Positions 1-12,100 of a DNA stretch of 64,000 nucleotides are shown in pieces (the stretch's first letter is position 1; the number at the start of each line of letters is the position of its first letter). A program made the position numbers and the translations under genes. This DNA is from Schmidtea nova (Eukaryota): the NCBI GenBank assembly GCA_044892505.1, contig CM097883.1:183644001-183708000 (forward strand), read 5' to 3'. The notes below the pieces were generated by a model, which was not told where the DNA came from, ran no database searches, and was given only the letters and a program-made list of their open reading frames with translations.

Positions 1-51
1 TAATTCTGCAATTTTTCTTAAAAATGCTATTTATTTGCTTATTTCGATAAG

Positions 52-102
52 TTTATGATCTATGCAGAGTTTAATCGGGGAAAGTTTTTCCCGGATACAA
101 TT
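52..102 (+). CDS. ADAM exon (FMIYAEFNRGKFFPDTI)
   Basis: AG at 50-51 and GTAAAT at 103; the 42-nt intron keeps phase 0 into the next exon. Confidence 0.6.
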
Positions 103-3100
103 GTAAATTAACCAGGATAAATGATGAATATTGTTACCATTTAGATATCCAAACAAATGATGGTGACAGTCTATCCGGTCAAACTGCTCTTTGAGCAGGC
201 ACTGAATTTGGAAAATGATGTGCAAAATATTGATAATGCACTTATGAAAATCAGCAAATATAGGCAGACAAATCTCACAGATAAAAAGCACGATATTCTC
301 GTTTTTATAAGGTAAAATATTAAAATTTATCTATTCAATAAACTCAGTAAAATCAGATAATTTTCGATAATTAATTGAGAAATTTTTCAATTATTAATAT
401 GATTTATGAGGACGATTAATTTCTTGATCGAAAATGTTTTCTGAAGAATTAATTGCAGTTTTTTTCTCGTGCAATTTTATAAGCCGTTCAGCCTTCACTC
501 TGGAAATTTGAATAATTGTTTCATAAATTTTCGTTTTGCAATTGTAAATTTTGATTTTTAAAAATAAAGTAATATTTTAAATTTGGCTATTAATAATATT
601 CAATTAAGATTAATTTATATTCTTTAGAAGTCCTTAATATGCTTCACAATTGATGGAATATTTGCAATTTCTTTTCTCTTTATTTACAAATGAATTGAAA
701 TTATCGAAAAAAAAATGATGAAACGAAGAGAAAATAAAATTTATTGCTTTAATGAAATAAATTATATATAAATAAATTATATATATATGTGTGTGTGTGT
801 GTGTACGTGTCTTGATTTGGTATATCGTTTTACTTATAATGGTTGCAATGCCATAAACATTGGAAAGACTATACGTCATCTCTGTATACGAGTTCAAGAG
901 CATGCCACAAAAACTGGAAATAACAATATTATTGAGCATAATAAGACATAAAAGAAGAAAATTCAATTATAAAATATTGTATATGGGTTTTAAAATCTAT
1001 TATAAACGTATAAATTGTGAGGCTTTGAATATAAAATCATTTAATCATAAAATAAATATTCAAAATTTAATCCCTATGTGCATTTCAGAGGCTTTAAATT
1101 ATTTTACTAGGATTATTAAAAGTCTAATTTGATTTTAAAATTTGATTATGTGTTTGCTATTAAATCTATAAATATGATCAGGTTTTTATTTGTTTCGAAC
1201 TTATTTATTATCTGAAGAAAACAACTGAGCTATTAAAAATATTTTTTTGAAAATGATGTTCTTTTATTTATTTGAATAACTTTCCATTATGATAACATTA
1301 CCTGGTCAGTCATTTTGACTGGCAAAACATTTATACTGATTCTTTCTATTTAAAAAAATACATTAGGGTAAATGAAGATTTAATCATCAACACTTGTCTA
1401 AATAAATAAATTTTGGAAATAGAATTTCCCAGCAGTTTTAATGTTAAAAATGCAACGAATACTTTATTTTGATTTTGAAAATTAACAAAAATTTAAAAAG
1501 GATGGTAGAATTTTTAGATTAACTTTATAAAGGGTATGGGAGCGTGTAATAAAGTATTATTATTTTATAAATGAATTTATTGAAATAATTTATTTTACGA
1601 AAATTTTCTTGAACTTCGAAATTTATATTTAGTGGTTTATCATTTTCTTACTATTCTGGAAGAACTTTCATGAAAGGAATGTGCCATTATAAGAAGTCAG
1701 TAGCGCTCATTACTGTAAGTATTAGAATTTTTACTTTTATTTTCTTTATTACTTTGAAAACATAATTTTTATAATTCTTTTCGTAATAGTTTTGAAACAA
1801 AAACTGGAGTCCTTGTTGCCATATAAATCAAATTTTTAAATTACTTCCAGTTTATTATTTATTTTTATTCTTTGAACAAGACCAACAATGTTGTGATATT
1901 GGCTGATAATGAAAATGACAATTGGACTGCATATTTATTTCACTCTTAAAATTTTATTTTATCAAAAAATGATATTTCTTATAGTATATAAATATTAAAG
2001 ATATAAGATGTAGATGATACCGTCCTTTTTACAAATGATGAAAACCCAACAATAACAGGCCATTTTAGAAGCGGGTGAGCTACACTTTCAGTGCTATAAC
2101 TGCCCACCCAGACCAGACCATTTTACTGTCATTAAATTGATTTAAACTTTATTTGAGAATACGATGCAAGTTATTTCCTCTCAAATTATGAAAACAACAG
2201 CTAAATACGTTTTGATTCTTTTCGATCTATTGCATTAGCCACATGCAGGGCCAATATATTTCCTTGTTCGATGATCGTGATCTCTGACCTTATCTGCAAT
2301 TTTATGTTTCATAAATTACAGTTTTCACGTGTACTGAATGAATATTTTTCATCCAATGTAAGTGGTATCATCGATTTTTCCCTCATTGATATTATGATGC
2401 TAAAAGGGTCGTGGTGGGAAAGAACAAAAGTCTGGCATATTATTTATTAGTAATATTACTAATAATACTAATAATACATTTACAAAATAATCAATACCAA
2501 CAAAACATCATTGAACGATTCGTTGAATTCCTAAACTACCAGCTGATTAAATCATTGACATTATTGGCATTATTGTGTGTACCTTTTATTANNNNNNNNN
2601 NNNNNNNNNNNNNNNNNNNNNNNNNNNNNNNNNNNNNNNNNNNNNNNNNNNNNNNNNNNNNNNNNNNNNNNNNNNNNNNNNNNNNNNNNNNNNNNNNNNN
2701 NNNNNNNNNNNNNNNNNNNNNNNNNNNNNNNNNNNNNNNNNNNNNNNNNNNNNNNNNNNNNNNNNNNNTATTATTTATGGACACATTCCAAATTCTATTA
2801 AGATAAAGTATGAGAGAGAAACAATAAAAATTAATTAATTAATTAAAAAACAAGATAAACAACTAATTAAAAATAAATAAAAATAAATATTAAATAAATA
2901 TCATAATTATTTTTTTGTTTCACTTTTGATCTTTTTTTAATAATAATATCAATAATTTCCATAATGGTAAGACTATAGATTAAAATTTCTTTTTTAAACG
3001 AGTACAAAAGTTTTCGGCACAGCCTTTATCAAATGTGACACACTTGATAGAGGCTGTGCCGAAAAATTGTGTACTTGTTTAAAAAAGAAATTTTAATCTT

Positions 3101-6100
3101 GTTGGATCCACCATTTGGTCAACAGTTAGATGTAAAAATAATAATAATAAGAAATAAATAGGAACAAATTAATATGAATATAATTACGAGAAATATCAGT
3201 AAAAACGAATTAAAAGTAATAAAAAATATTAATTTAATATCAAAAATTAGAAGAAAGTAAATGGAAAATATAAATGTTAAAGAAAAAATAATATTTAAAG
3301 CAAAATAAATAAGTAATAAAGAAAAAAAGAATTAATAAAATTCTTAAACCAAAACAAGAAAAGTTAACAATTTACAACAAAATCAATCGATTTTAGCTTT
3401 AATAAAATTTATTATTTGATGATCAGCTTCAACTTTGATCTGATCAGTATATATACTGATGCAGATCCAGACAAATTGAATGCTTATATGCTTATATGCT
3501 TATATGCTTTTATGACTTTAAGATTTGAAAATAATCATTAGGTATGAGTATTTTGTTTTTTTTTATTGTATGATTTTATCATTATGATTTTCTGACATTG
3601 CCATTGTGGTTATTTGCATTAAATTAATAAAATTTTTGAATATATTTTATTTTCTTTGAGATTTATTAAGCTTCTTCCACTGTGTAATCGGTGGAAGGAG
3701 ACGAAGGTATTCATATGTGTATTTATATTTTATTGAGCTTCTTCCACCGTGTAATCGGTGGAAGGAGACAACATTATTATATTATATTAACAATTAGGTA
3801 CAAGTATATTTTTTTTTGAGCAATTTTTGGTCGAGCTTCTTCCACTGTGTAAACGGTGGAAGGAGGCGAATTTATATTATATAGAGTAGTTATAGTAGAT
3901 ATACGTATGATTCAAGGGGCTCCGATCACCGTGAAATCGGTGAAATGGAGGCATACTGTGCCGAGTAGAATGACTGCTCCGTACAGTTAGGCCGTCCCAC
4001 TGGTGTAAAGGCGCCGCAAGGAGAGTAGGAATTTTTACTAACCATGATCACTAATAATTTTTATCACTGGATAGTATAACCAGTTGAAGTTTTATGTTAT
4101 AATAGAGTTGATTCTTATGAGTTTGAGTTGAGTTTGATTTTATTTTTGAGTCTAGAATAGATGCGATTATTATTGGTCAAATTTCACAATTGGATTAATA
4201 GAATGTTACCCTATTTTTCGATTGTCACATCTGGGGTTTGTGGGCATAAAGCGGCAGATACAACGTCTAGGAAATCATACAAAATACACCGTTAAATACT
4301 ATAATATCAAAAATCGATAACTTGAATAGCGTAGTGATCTACCACGCAAGTAGCATAGCACCAATAGGCTATAGGATCAAATATTCAACACATATAATTA
4401 ATATAATTGATTATCCTGAACCCTGTACATAGGGCAGTGGATCTTAGTTAATTTAAATAATTTCTTATCCTGATTGCTGTATGTAGCACAGGCATGAATA
4501 AATAAAATATATTATGAAACAAAGGTATCTGATCGCTGTATATAGCGACAGTGTTAAACGACAGAATGTGTTTTCATTTCTCTTCCTAGTTAAAATATGA
4601 AATCTGTAAAAATTCGGATCCAATCAAATTTATATTAATGGATAACTTTGATTCACAGAAAATGGCTAATACTCAAGCAGAATTGGACAAGGCGTGGCGC
4701 ATTATCCGCAGCCTCGAAAAGGAAATGTTGCGAAAATCCGAAAAAATAAAAGAGGCCGATGTTCTGATCTCAAATTTAAAGAAAAGCTGGTTCAGTCCAG
4801 ATCAAATGAAAGCGCAAATCCTCAAAACTCAACGCTCACAGCGAGCAAACAGCGAAATACAGATGGAACTGGATGCGACCAAGATGGAGCTGAAGAAATG
4901 CCTAAAATCTGTGACAGCTTCCTATCTCAATCAAGAGTTAAGGCAACTCATCAGACCAATTACCTATCAGCATTGGGCTGACGAGAAAGCAGGATGTTCA
5001 AAGGGAACGAACACAGATGAACCATCTCAGGTTCGAACAATAACAGTAGCAACCACACCAAAGAGCACGACCAATCCAGAAGGTAAAAAGAAGAAGAAGA
5101 GTAAGATGGGCGCGCGTCAGCGTCGCTGGAAGAAGCAAGTGCTCCAGCAATTGACACAACATTCGAAAGAAGTGCCCGAGATTGATCTAACAAGGGATTT
5201 TGCAATAACGGATGAAGACATCATTAAATATTTTGAATGATGACTTGAAAATTTTTAGTGTTATTAAATTGTGTATAAAAATTTAGTTTTGATTATAATT
5301 TTTGTTTTGTATTTATTTTAGTGTAAAGTATATGAAAATAATGTGATTTATTAAAAATTTAAAATAGTTTAAATGAAAATATAGATTATAATTAACAATA
5401 GGATTGACATAAAAATAATGAATAATAAGAGCATTAAAGAGATAACATATTGTAATTGATTAAAAATTATTTGTTGATATTGTAAAGAAAAGGGCTGAAA
5501 GAAAAGTTGAGAATTGAAATAAATTGTAAAGAAAGGGGGCTAAAAGAAACATTGAAATGAAAGATAATGAATGCGGATAGAGTAAAGTAAAGCGTAAGTC
5601 CTTCTATCGGCAGCGAGACGAACCCGTGAACATAAATGGGGAGTAGTTTTAGCAATAGAGCTCACCTGCCCATCATTGTTCAAACACCTTGCCCATTTCC
5701 AACTCGATTATTACTGGGAAATGATCGAGGGTGCTCGTGTGATATGTAAGCATTTTATGTTAGGTCTTGGATGGAGGAATCCCTAGAGCGTTTAATTCAT
5801 ATTTTATATTTTTGTTTTAACCCATCCAAAAACCACAACAATCTATAGTCTTACCATTATGGAAATTATTGATATTAATATTAAATAAATAAATAATAAT
5901 AAAAATGATGAATAGAAATAAATAATATTAAATAGTTAATTAATTAAAAAATTATTAAAAATATCTTTTAGCTACTGTCTTTAAATAAATAGTAAGAAGG
6001 GTACCAAAAAGTGGGTCTGTGTGCTTACATTTCACTGCTAATAAATCTAAAAAATAATTCTAATAAATTATCACTATTACTAAAAAACCAATAATAAATG

Positions 6101-9100
6101 AAATATTAGCGCTATATAATGCAAAAGTCATACTATCAAATGAGAAACCTTATTTGTTGAAAAATATATTCAATTATTTTTCATATTATTAATGTTATTA
6201 TAGTATTAATTAAAATGAACATTATTAAATATGATTCTGGTTACTGTCATTGTTCAGTTTTTATTCTTCAAAAATTATTGTTTTAAGTAAATAATTTTGT
6301 ATTTTTCACATATATGCTAATAATCTTATACTGAGGAAATTAAAATTAATAAATTAAAGAAAATTTAATATCTTCTAAGACTACAGTTGCAATATATGCC
6401 GCTCTTGTTAAACGATAAAAGAAGTAAAAATATAATGAAAGCTTATTAACATTAGGTTTTTTTTATTTAGGATTTTTATTCAAAGTCCGCATTGCGAACT
6501 GCATCTATAATTGCTCATGAACTCGCCCATAGTCTTGGGATTGAACATGATTCCGTTCATTGTGAATGCCTTTACAAGTCAACCAAATGTATTATGTCAG
6601 AGAAAATCACAAAGTATATTATTGTTTGTTAAATGAAAATATTTCAAAATTATGAAATTTATAAAATATTAATGAAATTTAATTAAAATATTTTCTGAAA
6701 TTCTTCAGAATAAAAATAGTTTAAATAAAAATTTAAAAAATTAAAATTTGGAATTGCTAACGTGGACCGAAAGATTTATAAAATGACCTTGATAAAATTA
6801 GAAATATTGATTAAATTTGCGGTAGATTTTTAAATTATTAATGTTATTGTTAAATAGCAGTAAAATATTTTATTTTGTTCCCAATTTGTTAACTATTTTC
6901 AATTTCTTTTCTCATCATTTCCATAGAAATATAGATCAAATTATTATAAAATTATAGAAACGTTGTGCAGAAAAAATTTGTAAAATTAGAATTTATGATT
7001 ATTTTATATAGAAATGAAAAAAAATTATCATTTACCCTCCCTGAGTTCAAGCATAAATTTTAATAAATCAACTATTTGAACAACCTATGATAGTTACACT
7101 ATATATAGTTTAATTCCCAATACATAAAAAAATTTCCTTATACCACCCCATTTTTTGTTATTTTTCCAAAATGCTACACGAATGGGTTTTTGAGGTGCTG
7201 CATCTCTACTGCGCACCCTAATTATTAATGATTCTATGAGCGAAAATTATTATTCTAGATATTTCTAAAATGAATTTGAATTTGTAGTATAAATACGTCA
7301 ATTTATACATCAATCAATCAATACGGCAAAACAATTAAAATAACATTTTTCTTTTATTTTTCTTTTGTTTTTTTTCTTTTTTTATTTCTTTGTAAATTTT
7401 CTAGAAGATTCTATTTCTTATCTATCTATAAATTGTGATCTTGATAATGAATCTTTCAATGAAGAAATTATTTAACCGACATTGAGACTGAAGTTATTGT
7501 TGGTAATCAAGAGGCATCGAATAAAAAGATGTCCAAGAAATATACACTGATGAGGTTGGCATTTGTGCTGATTATTTTTCTAATTCTTTTGTTTATAAAT
7601 TAAGTAGTGTTATTTGTTAACTATTCTAGAATTTCTTCATTGCTCTTTGTGTTGTTCTGGTTTATTTTTTCAAACTTCTTTGGTGAAATGACACTTATCT
7701 TGAAAAGATTGTCTGTCTTCTCTCTATTCGAATTTCAGAACGTAGTCAATTAGTGGCAATTATCGTTGTTTTCAATCATATTGATGTTTATAAATATGGG
7801 AATGTGAGAATTTTGAGTGCGTGTGTTAATTTCAATTTTTGTGATTTAATGAAATTAGCAGATTTAATTTTTGGCAATTCTCATATTTTTCTTTTGATCT
7901 TTTTTTATACTCGTTAAATTTTTCAAATGTCATTAGTGAAATGCCACATACTTTTCAGAAGACTGGCCGTTTTCTCTGTACTCTAGTTTTAGAGTATTGT
8001 CAACTGATTATGATGGGTTTGGTATTCTATCATACTGTTGTTCAAATATGAAAATATTTATAATATATTCTTAGTAAAAATATTTTTTTAAATGATTTTT
8101 TTAAGATTAGATTTTTAAAATTCTAAAATAGTTCTATCTTTTTAAAAGTTTGAATGATTTTAAATAAAATTTTATATTACATTTCTTTAAAATCGATATA
8201 TTTGATTTATATTGAAATGTTTGACTGAAAGGTACTTGATAATGAGAAGGAGATTTTCGAAATACATTGTGCAGAATATATATATTTATATTGGCGTTTG
8301 TTTTTAATTATTTTATTGTCACATTTGTTGCATTATGTATTAAAAATTATACCCCAGCCTACCAAATGTCTCCAGTCAGGCAGTTATTTACATATTGCAG
8401 TTTAAAATGAACGTCTGCAGTGCAAATATGAACAGCAATGGGAACAAAAGTCACAAATACCTTCAACATGCTGCGAACGCACATGTACACACGCATGCAC
8501 TTACACACACAGAATATGACTACTCACAGCAGACACGCAACAGTGATAACAGTGAGTCAAGTTAATGAAGGATTGTCATTTTCTTAGAATATGGCTACTC
8601 GGAGAGAGCTTACAGACTTTCAGAAAGGCATTATTTACGGATGCTACCTTTGTGGAAAAGTCAGAGTGAATCTGCTGCATCCCGAAGGAACTATTAACTA
8701 CTTCTTGAAGAAGTACCGCCAGGAGCAGACACATGTCAAAAAGCAACGTTCAGGCCACCCTAAGCTTATGAACATTCGTGAACAACGGCAGCTGAAATGA
8801 CTTGTGGTGGCTCATCATCGGTTCCAGATGAAAGGTAATATTAAGAAGTACTAACTCTCTCACCACTAAAGAAATTCAGTATTCGTATGTGTTTGTGACA
8901 TATGTTCCCATTGCTGATCATTATAAACTGCAATATGTAAATAACTGCCTGACTGGAGACTTTTGGTAGGCCGGAGTATTTGTTTAAATTATGGCTTTAC
9001 TTATTTTAGTTAGTAATTTCATAAATTATAGCCTGAAAGATGAATTCCATCACAAGACAGGTAAATTATCTAGTTAATAAGATTTAAGCATCTTCTACTA

Positions 9101-12100
9101 GTATTGTTCCAAAATAAGCCATTTCAGTAAAACAAAATCATTCGGTCACTCAGAAAAGGAAATTAGGAATATTTCACAGAAAATAATTTGGAATCATCGA
9201 TAAGAAATAAATGAAATCATTTCAAAAAATGTCGAGAAAACTTTTATGTTCATGCTGAAAATATTTTGATAAAATTGCCATTGTTTCAGATAATGATATT
9301 TCTATGGAATCATTGAAGAGTTTTTAATTGGCGCTTTTACTGTTATTTCAGTGCTTGTAGCAGACAGTAGAAAAACATTTCTACAGACAACTTCTATTTT
9401 ATTCTAATCTCTCATTCGAATTTAGCGTTTGCATTTTTTTATTTAGTTTTTTGTTTAACCATGAAAATTAATTACAAAAATTAGAAATGATTTCCTATTA
9501 ACATAGAAAATAATAAAAATGAACAGTAAAAATTATTTAAAAATTCTTACACGACGGTAAATTTAGCAAACGGTCATTTGGATGCAATATGCAAAAGAGT
9601 AGTATTCCTTGAGAAATTTGCGAAAGAGCTGTTTTAGAATTTGACAACTTTCGTTTTGTGACAGAACAATTTTGATTCAAATAAATTTATATGAAAGAGA
9701 CTTCCTTCCGGTTTTAGACATTTATAAAATATGAGTTTATTTATTGCTCTATGATCAGGCCAGAACAGAGTTGGACATTTGGCATGGGCTTACGAAAGAG
9801 TGAGGTCTTTAATTGCAAAAAATAGTTTTTAAAAAGACTCAAATCGTAAAATGCAGAATAAACATGAATTTATTATTGTATTTACTTTTTGTTATTACAG
9901 GATTCAATTGTCTTTCTATTTCAATTTTTTCTTATTACTTGTAAGTATATCATATAAATTTATTTTCTCGTATGTATTTTCGTGTATGTATTTTCCCATA
10001 CAAATATAAATACTTAAAACTAATTGCAAATATACTTAATAATCAGTTTGAAACAGGATTTACATTTCCCATGTGACCTCTCTAGCTCATCGACGTTCAA
10101 GCTGTGGTGTGGTATGCTGCTGGTTTTGTTGTCTGCAGTGAATATCTGGTTAATGGTAACAAAATTAGGGGTCACTAAAATTAGAGAATGATAATCAAAC
10201 TTGCTCAGACAAAATCTTAGAGCGATAAAATTTAATACAAAAAAACTGGTATTTATAAATTTAATAAATTTTCAAATTTATTAACTTTTTATTTGATAAA
10301 TTTAACAAATAAAGAACAAACATTTTGTTAAATAATCATTTAAATTTCAAGAATATTTGACAAAAAATATAATCATAGTATTAAATTTTTAAAAATGTTC
10401 TAATTTGTTGAACATTAATAAAAAAAATTTAATTTGTCAAAAAATATTAATTTAATTTATCTCGGGAATGAATCTTAATTTGTTTTAATAATATTTATTA
10501 AATCAGAATTGATGAGAAAGTAAATATTCAGCAAGTTTCTATCGAATCGAGATTTTATAAAAAGATTATGTTAGCTGAATGATTCCCTTTCTTGTGGTTT
10601 TTCAAATAAACATGACATTTTGCAATGAATCTCTGAGATACCTCTTAGCAGGAATACTGTGAAAGATCGAGTCCTACACGTGGCAAGGGATGTTAATCAA
10701 CAACTTAGTACTTATTGGCAAAAGACTTTTTGTTACTATATGTGCTTGGATGAGATAATAAATGTGTTTGCCATTTTTTGCGTGATGCTGTTGGTGACAC
10801 CATTAGAGAATATTTAGTAGAACTAATTTCTTTCCCTGGAAGAACACAAGGAGTAGATATATTCAATTATTTTATGGAATGTTTTTGACTCAAGTATTAA
10901 ACCTGAAAAGACATTCTCAATAACTAGTGACAGGCCACCGTGTAAGGTTGCGTCAATATCTTGTTTCATAAATTTCTATGTCAATGAAATAAAACAACAA
11001 GTCATCCAATTTCATTGTATCATACATCAATAAGCGTTTTGTGCAAAACAAAATAGCAAAGAATTTGATAATATACTCAAAGATATTACAAAAATGTTAA
11101 ACTATATTATGGCTCGTGAGCTTGATTTTCGTCAGTTTAAAACACTTCTTGTTCAAGATCAGTATAATACCTTTTTATGTATAAAAATGTCCTATGGTTA
11201 AGCCGAGGACGAGTTCTGGAAAGATTTACAGCCTCATGTTCTTTACATACTTTACATTACTCTTCAAATCACTAAACAAAAAAGTAGGAAAAATTGCAAA
11301 ATGTATGCTCTGTGATATAAAGATATTTTAGAGAAAACTGAATTTTATCAAACCATGCAGAAGAAACAATATTTTATATATTTTCTCAATTACAAAACAC
11401 GTTATGTTGTAATATATATTATAAAAGCGATTAGCTTTTGAAATATTAAGATATTTTGTGTACAGCTATGTTTATGATGCTTGTTTACAAATCTAGAATA
11501 TTAACCAATTAAATTTGAGGAAATACTAATAGAAATAAATTCACTCAGTTACAAAAATAAATAACAATTTCTATAAAACACATTCCGTGTTGTAATTTTT
11601 ATAAAAAGTACTTTTTATTTTAATTATTACAATTTTCCATTTATTGTATTATTTGAATATGGTTTACCAAAATTGTTATGAAAAATATACAATTAAAATC
11701 TCTTACTTATTTCCAAATATAATTAAAAAATTTTGGAACATTTTTGATTTTATTCCATGTTGCTTGATTAGTACATTTATGTCTCATTTTCTATCTTAAT
11801 ATTATGGATCATATTAATATTTCTTAAGATTAAATTATTTAAAGTCCTTTTAGAATATACAATTTTCAAGTAAATAAAATTGAAAAAAATACTTAGTAAA
11901 TAAATAATATTCTTAAATTTTTTACTTTATGTCAAATTAAGAATTCAGTCCACTGTGACACATAAATACGCATTTTTTTGCATTTAAGTTGTAAATATTT
12001 AAGAATAAATTCACTAATTTGATCATTTTTTTTAAAACAAGAAAGTTTAATCATTTTGATCATTTGTTGATTTTAGACCTGTTGTGCCTCAGGCTTTTCA

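Larger units (their letters stand above)
3100..5840 (+). mobile_element. Large (2741-bp) solo LTR, family A, ORF-containing; probably Ty3/gypsy-type
   Basis: TGTTGG...CACAACA termini; 4-bp TSD ATCT (3096-99 and 5841-44); no internal direct repeat and no gag/pol; a homologous copy starts at 50010. Confidence 0.85.
2944..5877. repeat. ~190-bp near-perfect DNA hairpin (arms ~90 bp, tip GTG-ACA-CAC at 3035-3043) interrupted by the solo LTR at 3100-5840
   Basis: 2944-3032 is the reverse complement of 3044-3099 plus 5845-5877 once the LTR and one ATCT are removed. Confidence 0.85.

Noticed and set aside
31-291. - strand ORF resembling an ADAM prodomain (CHHHLFGYLNG)
   Set aside because: It is the antisense of the + strand ADAM exons 52-102 and 145-311, which fit the gene model.
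3669-3952. CRISPR array (palindromic repeats with spacers)
   Set aside because: Eukaryotic intron context, no cas genes, spacer lengths vary (about 35-70 nt) and are AT-rich, and the array is inside an LTR; reported as a hairpin array instead.
4694-5205. Alternative-frame and antisense ORFs (4694-4981, 4960-5205; likewise 15418-16109, 24167-24893, 52133-53824, 62348-62863, 63574-63786)
   Set aside because: Shadows of real coding regions or repeat-derived frames, with no independent motifs.
3900-5760. Hammerhead, HDV, twister or pistol ribozyme in LTR-A
   Set aside because: No CUGAnGA/GAAA core or other diagnostic consensus was recognised by eye; left open as an unknown structure.
7690-8045. 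Two diverged ~110-bp repeats with a - strand peptide-like pattern
   Set aside because: Riddled with stops; probably an old gag-like remnant that cannot be assigned.
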